Shown piece after piece: positions 22,780 through 33,456 of a DNA stretch of 64,000 bases. The notes below the pieces were generated by a model. The model did no database searches, had not been told where the DNA came from, and saw only the letters and a program-made list of their open reading frames with translations. Each line of letters opens with the position of its first letter. The stretch's first letter is position 1. The DNA comes from Selaginella moellendorffii (lineage: Eukaryota; Plantae; Lycopodiophyta): positions 451,614-515,613 of the forward strand of contig NW_003314334.1 of NCBI RefSeq assembly GCF_000143415.4, given 5' to 3'. The translations under genes were made by a program, and so were the position numbers.

Positions 22780-23449
22780 ATGGCGGACGGATCGAAATCC
22801 CAGAAGAGCGATGCGTCGTCTTCCTCACTGGCGCCGCATCCTGGCACTCCGATTCGAGAGGTATCTCAGCTGGATTTGTGATATTTCGAGAATACCATGG
22901 CCGATCTCTCCCAAATCTCTAGAGTTCTCCTCCGACTGCTCGAAATCCCGGTGCTCCAGCGTCGACAATGGCCACTGCTCCAGCCAGAGATCAGGTATCG
23001 GCACGACTTTCTAGCGGTCTTCCATGGCGCTCATCGAAAATGATCTCTATAGGTCCCTCTTGGCGTCGCGGCATCTGCTGCTCCAACCGGCAACCAGGTA
23101 TTGCTACGAATTTCTCGAAATTTCTCCTCCTCGACCATGCATTTCTCCCCTCGATCATCCTAGGTGCCGGCGTCGATCGATATCGTCGACCAGGTACCAT
23201 CGCAACCCGGAAAGCTCTTCTCGTGACTCCATTCTCTAGGTATCTCGACTGGCCATTGCCCGTGAGGCTGCGATCTCCCGCGGAGAGATTCGCCAGTGGG
23301 AGATGGAGCTGGAGAAACGAACGCTGGCCGCCATGGGAAGGCTCCAGGAGTATGACAACGCCGCGAAGAGGATGGGAAGAGCCGAGAAATCGCAGGCCAT
23401 TCGCAACAGGCTCCGGGAGAAAGTGCTGGCCCGCTCGAACGAGTGCTAG
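22780..23449 (+). CDS. Unknown 145-aa protein; 5 exons (22780-22860, 22923-22994, 23053-23097, 23164-23193, 23240-23449), all introns phase 0
   Basis: Canonical GT-AG sites give one continuous ORF (MADGSKSQ...PIRE|SSPPTARN..RDQ|VPLGVAAS..GNQ|VPASIDIVDQ|VSRLAIAR..LARSNEC*). Structure is conserved in the paralog at 49651. Confidence 0.75.
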
Positions 23450-23529
23450 TTCGTACCAGTACGGCTCTATTTTAGGGTTCTTCGTGTACGGTATGGCCCT
23501 CTGTTTTTAGGGCTCTTCGTCTAGGTATT

Positions 23530-24260
23530 TTGAGAGCTTCTCAGTGGACATAGCTCCGAGTGCTCCTACGTGCTTGTGATCCTCAACTATCGCCTGCCAT
23601 CGCTGGCGGCATTGCTGTGGCAGAGAGGTTTGATCCAAATCTTTCGCGGATGGCGAAATTGTTTTCCCTTGTTTCTTGCAGCTAGGTTGCGAATGTGCGC
23701 CGATGGGGGAGCTAATCGGCTCTACAACGAGCTGCCGTTGCTTCTGGGACAGGAGGAATCGATCGTGAGACAGAGGTGAGATGCATAAATGTAAAATGAA
23801 TCGAATGAGATTCTCCCTTGTGTAGGTTCATACCCGATGCGATCATTGGGGCTTTGGACTAAGTGAGGCAGTTCTACGAATCAAGAGTTTGATTTCTGGC
23901 AAGTTTGTTTCTTCTTTTTCTTTTCAGGGTACTGTTGTTCTAGACAAATCTCACGACCAAGACACGGTAGATCTTCACAAGTGCATATATTTCGTCGCCG
24001 AGAAATCCAGCAAGTATCAATGTAAGAACTGTTTAGCCGTTCTTCTTCGTTGTTTTCTTTGTTTGGCTTCTTCTTTACTATGTGTTCTTCGTAACAGTTG
24101 AATATCTTGGTGGTGGGAGCGTTGGGTGGAAAACTTGATCATGAGATGGGAAACATCAACGTACACTTTTCTTTCAGGAGCTTCCGGATCATGGTCTATT
24201 TTCTTCCTAGAGACGTTCTTCACACCATCCCGGGATCATTCCTCTCGGCAGACCCTGCAC
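23530..24260 (+). pseudogene. Thiamine pyrophosphokinase pseudogene (copy A)
   Basis: YVLVILNYRLP..LW, RMCADGGANRLY, FIPDAIIG, SHDQDTVDLHKC, VGALGGKLDHEMGNIN. The DLDS motif is deleted, there is a stop, and the C-terminus is missing. Confidence 0.85.
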
Positions 24261-24489
24261 GGCAACATACACATGACTCATTCGTAAAATACTTCCACCA
24301 TTCCTCTCGATAAAATCACTGTTTCCTCGTTTACTTTCACTTTCACTTTCTTCTTTTGTTCTCATAGTGATCTCTTCGCCTGTAACTCTGGAGACCATCT
24401 TCTTCTCCGAATGCAAGTTCAGGATCTCGAAGCCCAAAGTGGTTTCACATAATTTGATCAACCATAATGAAGATGAAATTTAAACCACT

Positions 24490-26190
24490 CAATGCTACTG
24501 GTAAAAGGTTATCTCCTGGATTTCTTCACGTTGGCTTTATACCCCTTCTCGAAGTCCTTGGCATCGGTTCTTACGCACTGCTTGCATCCCAGCTTCCTGA
24601 CAAACTGCTGATATCTGGAAAGCACAAGTTCGTGAGTTTTTTCTTGTCAAAAATCCTAGTGAGCGCTTACTTCGGCAGCCGTGATCTTGTCTGGCCTTGA
24701 AATGAAATCCTCGAAATCAACTTCATCGCTGAGGTTCATCTTGGAGGTGCAAACCTGGAAAATGAGTCGCTTCTCTCGCCTATCTGGATAGGGGAACTCG
24801 ATCTTCCTGTCGAGTCTTCCAGGCCTCAGTAGAGCGGGGTCCAAAGTATCAGCACGGTTTGTAGCCATGATAACCTTCACGTTGAGACATTGATCGAATC
24901 CATCCAACTGCAAGAGAACGCTTTCAGCAAAGGTTTTTAGAAAATGGAAAGGAAAGAAAAACCTGGGTAAGAAGTTCCATTAAAATTCTCTGCACTTCCC
25001 TGTCTGGGCCAGTTTGAGAATCAAAGCGAGCAGTGGCGATGGCATCTTATCCCAAAAGAAGTAAAAACATTGCAGAAGCCCATCACCAGTCAACCTCAAA
25101 CAAGTGACAGTAAAGTAAGATGGATTTCACAAAGCCTCCTTTGCAATTATGCTGAGTGGTTGGAGACCATGGGGGTGGTGGTACTTGTTTCAAGGATGGT
25201 GTAAGAGAGCTCTTTGAAACTCTGGAGTTGGTTCTCTACAAAAACCTCTCCTTATGGTAATCGAAGTTTCTCACTGTCTATATTGTGTCTAATCTTCACA
25301 AACATCCAGGCATAAAACTTCTGCCATCCCGGCCCTATTTTTTGTCATAACCGCCATAGCAAAGCTTGCAACGTGCCATCGAGAGCTCTTGCCTAGAGCT
25401 TGAGTCCTAAGGCTACTTCATCGATAAAGATGATCGCTGGCGCATTTGCTTTGGCAAGCTTGCCATCGCGCATCATCCGTGGACGTTTCGACATGAAAGT
25501 TCTCCTGTTGAGAGCTTACAAAAAATGAGTAGAAAGAACTTACCTCTCCAAGGTACTTTTGCACGAACTCTGGTGCCACAACCCGGATGAAAGCAGCGGA
25601 GGTGTGATGTACCACAGCCTTGACGAGCATGGTTTTTCCAGTTCCCGGAGCACCATACAACAAAACTCCCTTGGGTGGATCGACTCCGAGCTGCCTGTAG
25701 AGCTCAGGGTGCGTCAGCGGAAGCTCCACAGCTTCTCGAATCTCTTGCTTCTGTATCTCTAAGCCCCCAATTTCCTGCAAAACCAAAGAAAAGTTTTGGT
25801 AAAGTTTCTAGAAAAGAAAAATGATAAGCTTGAATGGAAGAAAACTAGATCAAAGGTGGTGTAAAGTTTGTCTGCAAAAGAGAAGGAAAACAAAAGAAGG
25901 AACTTCGTACCGCATATGTGACCTCCGGTCTGAGAGAATCCGTGAGAATCGACACCGAAGAGTCCACCTCCAATGGAAGAACATCCATGAGAGCCAATGA
26001 GTGCCTGTTTACACCAACCGAGCTCCCTGGCTTGAGAAGCTCTCTGTTCACAGTGCTCTGGATCCTAATATACCGAGGTGTATGCTCCCACAAGACAATC
26101 GCGTGGTCCCCATCGATCACCTCCACCAAGTGGCCTATGCATAGTGGCATGGACTAGGATCTGGCGGCGTGTGAATCTCATCTCCTGCAC
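24490..26190 (-). pseudogene. RPT3 pseudogene (copy 2)
   Basis: Homologous exons. About 370-bp foreign insertion at 25047-25414 in exon 3, small deletions, and loss of the 5' end. Confidence 0.9.
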
Positions 26191-26550
26191 TCTGATGAAT
26201 TTAGCCACAAGTTAACTTAACTGTCCGATTATCCACAAATTAGCTCAAAGTATTTAATTTAGTCCTAAATCAAATAATAAAATTAACATATTAATATATT
26301 ATTTTATCTAAATTAATTAATTTGGTGCTAAATTAAATAACTTGAGCCAACTTCTAGTCGATGTAATAAATTTGGTCATAATTTATATACTTGTAAACAA
26401 CTCATTTGATTTTGATAAGTTTATTATATTTTTTAATTAATATGTTCACTCAAATTATTTAATTTACCCCAATTAATTTATTTTGCCCTAATTTGAAAAA
26501 CATATTCTAAATGAAGTAAGAGCAAATTTATAATATTGAAAAATTCATGA

Positions 26551-29500
26551 TATGAGGGCAACTGTATAGCTACGATGCCATATACTATTATTAACGTAAT
26601 GGGATTTTGGTAGCTGTCGGATTGGTTTCAATTCGGACTACTCATTCTTATATATAAACTAGGGTTTTTGGGTTAATTGATAATTCCATGCACTCACATT
26701 AGTGGAAGTGAGGGGCAACTTTAATTGTTCATGAAAAGGGTTTGGATTTAGGATTTTGGTTTAGATCTAACTTCTATATCTTCTAGATTTAATTTTTTCC
26801 ATTTCCTTTCTTTTGTTCTTCCCTTTTAGATTTTTGTTTAGATCTAGCTTTTTGCATTGTTTAGATCTACCATTTCCTTTTAGCTTTTTGTCATTTCTTT
26901 TCTTTTGCTCTTTCTTTTTTGTTTATCTTCATAGCGAATCAACAATCTCCTCCTTTGACGCTAGAGTAGCAGTTGGTCCAATTGCTTGATGGTATGCACT
27001 TGCAATTGAACAACCAAACTCAATTGATGGTAGCATTCACGGCATGTGGTCCAACTCCTCCTACTCTTGGTGCCAATCCTTGTGTTCGTCTGGAGTTCTT
27101 TCATGGGAATCTTGGGGATAATGTGTACCATTGTGTAAGCAACCAAAGGGAACGACTTGAGAGACGATCCATAAGGGTTCAAATATAGAGGGAAAGGGCC
27201 CATGAAAAAGAGTGCACCCCCTTTTCCAATTGGTTAAGGGTCTTGGGATAGTTGGAGTTAAGCGTCCTTGGGTTTGAATAATACTGAGCTGGGTGACCTC
27301 CCGGGAAATCCAAACTCAGGAGCTTACATTTGGTATCAGAGAGGTCTCGGGTCCAACTCTGTTGGTTGGCTAAGGGAATCGCACCACATGTTGATTGACA
27401 TCTAGCTGGTCCAGTTTGCTCCCGCTGGGCTCGACCCGAGGGGTAGGGTGTCAAGAGAGCGGGGCTCTCGGGAGAGCTGCGGCTCTCAGCTTTCGTTCAC
27501 GAGGGCGTGAACTTGCAGGGAAGCGTGGTGGATTGTAAGCAACCAAAGGGAACGACTTGAGAGACGATCCATAAGGGTTCAAATATAGAGGGAAAGGGCC
27601 CATGAAAAAGAATGCACCCCTTTTTCCAATTGGTTAAGGGTCTTGGGATAGTTGGAGTTAAGCGTCCTTGGGTTTGAATAATACTGGGTTGGGTGACCTC
27701 CCGGGAAGTCCAAACTCATGAGCTTACACATTGGTTCGATCACTTCACGGTGATTGCCACATATCATTTTTGGGATGATGCTTGACATTTGTGTGAGTTT
27801 CCCACATGTTTCCAAGGGATGGCATTGTAGTGGTACAATGGATTGAGTGTAACCACTCGTGGGGATTAGAGTGTTCTTTCAGACGTTTTCAAATGTGCCT
27901 TCGGACATGCAGACGATTGTGATAATGCCTTTCAACAATTGCATCGTCTTCGCCAAGGGCCATCTGAGTCGATGATGCAATTTGGCGTTCATTTCTGAAG
28001 TCTTTTACTTCGTGCGGAGCCCAATATGTCGGAGCGGATCAAGCTAGAAATGTTGTGGCCAGCACTTTGTCAAGATCTTGTTAGACTTGTGCATGCACTT
28101 GCTCCTGCCACTCTTGACGATGCTCTTCGCTTGGCACAACGTTATGAGACATCGCTTCTTCCACTTCTCACTGCACGTCCTTTAGCTCTACTTCCTATGA
28201 GTGATGGTCCTATTCCAATGGAGGTTGATGCTGCTGCTACTCGAGTCCAAGGACAAGGGCGAGGACGTGGTCATGGCCATGATGTTCGTTGCTGGGCATA
28301 TGATGAAGTTGGTCATACTTATCGGCGTTGTCGGTGCTTTCTAGATTGGTGACCTCCATTTTCTGTGTGGAGACCTTGGCGTCAACAACGTCCCGTTGGT
28401 GCTGCTGCAGTGGAAGGTTTGGACACCACGGTACATCTGGGAAACAAGGAGTCGCGCAAGTGATGGAGGGACCTTGCGAGAATAAATTAGTGACCCCTCC
28501 ATCTTTCTTTCGGGAGTATCATTAAAGGGTTCACTCAGCATCAATTCATCTAGTGTTTACTTTCCAAGCTCATTTTTATAAGAGATCTCCTATTATTCTC
28601 TCCATGTTGGTTGATATAGGTTCGAATTTATCTTCTATTGCTCGACCTGTTGCCACACGTTGTGGTCTACACTTGCATCGTGTGGCGAACCCAATTTTCA
28701 TTCTTTATGGCAATAGCCGTACACATGTATATGCATGACATGAGGCGGATTTGGTTGTGCTGTGGGCAATCTTGAGCTTGACATTGCGGGTGGTGCCGAG
28801 TCAAGCTTTTGACCTCATTCTTGATATGGATTGGTTGCAGTGCAATCATGCCAAATGTGACTTTAACGCTTCTCCCCCTTGTCTCATACTTCCTTATGTT
28901 TCATCCATTCCTCTCACTTCTGTACCTCTTCGTCCCTTTACCTCTACCTCTGCTTCCATTACTTTTGTTCCCCCACTATTTTCTCCTATGTTTCCATCTT
29001 GTTCTGCTCTTCCTTTTTCCGATCCCTCCAACGATCTTTGTGTTGTAGCTGTTGACCAGCTCACGAAGGAGTATTTTGATCTTTTTGAATTTGACTTATC
29101 GTTTGGGGCCAAGATTGCCACATGTCATCCCATTCCAACTGGGGATGCTCATCCGATCAAGGTTTTGATTCATCGTAAGTCACCCAAGGAGATCAAGATT
29201 TTCTATGCAAATGTCAAGGAGATATTAGAGAAGGGTGTTATTTGGAAGTCGCAGAGTCCTTGGGCATGTGAACCTCATCTTGTGACGAAGTCTAATGGGA
29301 GTATTCGTTTCTGCATTGATTATCGTCCATTAAATGAAGTGACGATCCCAGATGTGTACCCTCTTCCTCACACTACGGATCTCTTAGATCGTCTAAGGCG
29401 AAGTGGTTGGTTCACCAAGCTAGATCTTGCTTTTGGGTACTGGCAAGTATTGATAGCCGAAGAAGATATTCCTAAGACCGTTTTTCATACACCGTTTGGT

Positions 29501-32004
29501 TTGTACGAGTTCTTGGTGATGCCGTTTGGTTTGAACAATGCTCCAGCAACTTTCCAATGGATGATGGACGAAGTTCTTTATGATATGCCAAAAGTGACTG
29601 CTGACTTCATTGATGATGTCTTGATTCACTCGGAGGGGACGTGGGAGGAGCACATTCGTGATGTGTGTAAAGTGTTGGATCAGTTACGGGATGTTAGTTT
29701 AAACTTGAAGCGATCAAAGTGCGTGTTTGGGTCCAAGGACACAACTTATCTTAGGTACTGTATTTCTCGTGAGGGTTTCAAGTTGATCCTGACAAATTTG
29801 TAACCGTTCTAAAGTTCCCTACTCCGAAGTGTGTGAATGATGTGCAGCGCTTCTTAGGCAAGGTGCAGTATCTCGGTTGTTTTGTGGATCATCTTTCTGA
29901 TTGCACTGCACCATTGCGAGCGTTGCTGAAATCATCAACGTCATCTTTCATCTGGTCTTCAGATTTTGAGCAGGCGTTTGTGGATCTCAAAGTGTTGTCT
30001 GGTTTTGGCATATCTTAACTACACTCGACCTTTTATTTTGCACGTAGATGCTTCTGATATTGGTCTTGGAGGTGTGTTAATGCAAGAAAGCCCAAGTGTG
30101 CCTGGTTAGCGTCATCTTATTGCATATATAAGCCATATGTTACAACCAGTAGAGGTGAACTACTCCACGACAAATAAGGAGTGTTTAGCGGCAGTTTGAG
30201 GTTTCGAGAAACTTCATGCATATTTACATTGTTCTCGAGCGTTACTTGAAGGTGACTATGCTGCCGTTACTTCATTATTGAAGCGGAAGAACATGGTTGG
30301 TCGTACGGCTCAGTGGGCTTTGAAGCTTCAAATATATGATTTTGATGTTGCTCATCGCCCAAAGAGTTCTATGGCTGATGCTGATGCCCTTTCTTGAGCT
30401 CCTCTTCCTTCTCCACTTTCTTCTCATGTTTCTAATAAGCCTATTATTCTAGCATTTGTGGATTTTCTAGGTGAGGCGATTGCTGTACTTGACATTCAGT
30501 GTCCACAAGACGCAGAGCAAGATCTACATTCTTTTGATGAGGTTCGCAAGGCTCAAAAGATTGAGCCATAGATTCGAAGGCTTCGAGATGCATTTGAGGA
30601 TCTTGTATCACCTGCTGATGACTTGCCTTTCCAGCATTTACATTCTCAATATCAACTTGAAGATGGCCTTCTTTATTTTGTGGGGACAGATCCTAATGAT
30701 CATTTATGACTAATGGTGCCTTCTGTCTTTATTCCGCGGTTTCTCCATGCCTACCATGATTCTCCTGTTCTAGGTGGGCATATGGGACATCGTCGTGTGA
30801 CCAAGAACCTACGCAAGTCTTTTTATTGGCCGGAGAGGCGACGTGATGTTATCTGGTATGTGCGTAGCTGCGTTTGGTGCCAAGCTCGTAATACTCCCCC
30901 TTGTGCTGCGGAAGGATGGTTGGAGTCAATTGCAGTTTCCCGTCCGTTTGAGTTGGTGGCATTTGATCTTATGGGACCTTTTCCACGGTCGACTGCTGAC
31001 AATGAGTATATTATTATTGCTTCTGACTACTTGACTCGTTGGGTGGAAGTTGGTGCTCTTGCTAGCACCTCTGCAACAGCTGTTGGATACTTCCTCCTCA
31101 ATCGAGTGGTATTCTAGCATTCTTGTCTAGAGCAGATTCTTTCGGATAATGGTCCTGCATTTATGGCTGAGGCATTTCATATTTTGACGTCTCGGTTGGG
31201 GATACGCCACACTTTCACGAGTGCTTATCATCCACAATTAGACGGTCTAGTGGAATAGCTTGTTTGGACATTCAAAGGGATGATTGTGAAGTATATGAAC
31301 TTTTAGCATTCGGATTGGGATGGTTATTTGTTGTCTCTTTGGTATGCCTATGTCATAGAGGTGCAGAGTTCTATTGGTGCTTCACCATATAAACTTTTAT
31401 ATAGTCATAATCCAATATTATTAATGGAGTTGGGTTTACTTTTGCAATTGCCACGAGCTCCCGATGCTAGGTCATGGGATCAATATTTGATGAGCATTCT
31501 TTCACTTGTCCAAGCAGAGTCTGCCGAACACTTAGGCTGCGTACAAATGGGACAACAATGGCGCTACAACTCCCATTATCGTCCACCTGCAGAGTACACC
31601 GTATCGGGTGTTGCAGCAAGTTGGACCGCAAGTTTATAAGGTTCGGCATGATGTCCAATAGGCCAATCCTTCGGAGATTGTGCATATGCAGCAATTGAAA
31701 CTCTTCATACAAAGGGATCAAGAGCAGTTAATACCATTTACAAACCCGCCAATGCCTCCTTTTGACGTTCCTCCAGATCCCGGCCCATCTACAAGAGAAC
31801 CCTGACAACCTTCCGAGAGGAGGGGATGATGTGAGGGCTAAGTGTACGGCTATGATGCCGTATATTAATATTAGTATAGTGGGATTTTGGTAGCCGTTGG
31901 ATTTGTTTCAATCCGGACCACTCGCTTTTGTATATAAACTAGGGTTTTTGGGTTAATTAATATGTACATTTCTGTATTCCCTTTCTATATTCCATGCACT
32001 CACA
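26551..32004 (+). mobile_element. Ty3/gypsy LTR retrotransposon, defective (copy A); LTRs 26551-26698 and 31830-32004
   Basis: T(G/A)TGAG...CTCACA LTRs, ATGA on both flanks, tRNA-Ala-like PBS (TGGTGGAG in copy B), PPT gagaggagggga. Order gag, PR (LVDIGS), RT (FCIDYRPLN, MPFGL, FIDD), RNase H, INT (H..GHMG..C..C, DLMGPFP). Many stops. Confidence 0.95.
27134..27728 (+). mobile_element. Cassandra-type TRIM carrying 5S rRNA-derived sequence in each LTR
   Basis: 195-bp LTRs 27134-27328 and 27534-27728 (TGTAAGC..GCTTACA), 5-bp TSD CATTG, PBS TGGTATCAGAG. LTR core agttaagcgtccttggg..taatactg..tgggtgacctcccgggaagtcc resembles 5S boxA-IE-boxC. Empty site at about 54048. Confidence 0.92.
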
Positions 32005-33456
32005 ATGAGAACAATTTTATAATTTTAAGAACTTCAACAAAGTCAAATTTGTAATTAAGCTAAATTTAAGAGGTATATATATAATTTCCCTAAAAAATCT
32101 CAATGAATATTCTCCCTGGTACAAAGCAAGATTAAGGTTCTTGAGCAGCTATGCACTGTTTGGGCGTGGCCAAGTACTGAGCTGGATTGACAAATCCACA
32201 TTCCTGGATCATGGTTGAATTTACCAAAGGACTTAGTGGTAGAATTGAAACCACTCAAATCCGTTACAAATCTCTTACAACAACATAATCAGGCCAGGTG
32301 ACGCCATCAGACCGCGATAGGTGCAAACTAGGGATTTCCGAGATTCGCTTGGTCCCAGGATCCGGCAGACACAGCGATCACAGAGATTAGGTTTACATGG
32401 CCATTGTGCAGCTTATGGCGCCTGTGATTCTTCTCATCTCTCTGCTGCTGCTGGAGGCGCCAATAAGGTGGTGAGTTTTGTCATTCGATCTTGAATTTGA
32501 TCCAGGTTTTCACATTTCATTCATCTAGTTGCATGTCCGTGGACACCAGACTGTGGCCAGTCTCCTGGTTAGTCTGGCATGTGACAGGGTTTTGGTAAAG
32601 GTCTGAGGTAGGATTCTCAACTTGGAACGAACCTCCTAGTGTGTGATACTCTCTGTACTTACAGAAATTGATTTTAGGCACTTACTTCAGTCTGGCATGA
32701 TATTCTTCACCTTCAATCCCAGACTTGCACAATGTGGCCGAATAATGGAACTTTGGAACAGAGAAGACACACTCTGTTGGCACTGGCCTCTGGGTACTTG
32801 TCAGTCATCCTTGAGGCATCGTTTAGCTTCTCATTTTGAAGGGAAAAAGCGAAGGAGATATGTATCCCATCAACTGCGATATTTTTTGAGAAGCTGGGAG
32901 CAGTAGTAAAGCTGAGTTGCTTGAAAGCGGCGGTCTCTTTCTTGCGGCTTTTTTGAAGGTGAGATCTTGAGGGGCTTCTGCCCTTGGCTTCAATGATTGC
33001 TGAGCAAGTTTAGGAAGGGCCTCATGAAACTTCCGGATGGATTTCTGTAGAGGAAATCATTTTACGTGAACAACCTGTCTTGGGAACTTTATGATCAAAG
33101 CTCCTTGCAGTTGTGTTATGGGACTTGAATAAGCCACTAGAAAGAACTCCTGGGGGTTCGGTAAGTGTTTTAACGTTTTATTCTTTTGGTGATGATAACG
33201 TGATGTGATATTATAAGTGATATGGTGATCATCCTACTTGATCCTCTCCAATAAGCAGATCTTCGTACAAGCCGCAGTGACAAACTGCGTTTTCTTTTTC
33301 ACTAGGATGATAAGAACAAAAGTGCAGCTCTTTAAAATGAGCATGGTTTTCCTATTAGGTGGTGATCTGAGGAACCTTGGTCACCAGCAACTGGCCAGCT
33401 GATCCTCGTATGTACAATGAACATTTGGACGATGGTTCGATAGCTCGTCTGGCTGC

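Noticed and set aside
22710-23510. Unspliced ORFs of 70-180 aa listed here and at 49645-50349
   Set aside because: Better explained by the spliced 5-exon model.
27250-27315. 5S rRNA gene
   Set aside because: Only the internal-promoter portion is present, embedded in the TRIM LTRs.
32390-33170. Possible spliced gene remnant (KLPDG, LWDLNKPLE reminiscent of a ThrRS TGS domain)
   Set aside because: Motifs are too short and interrupted to support a call.
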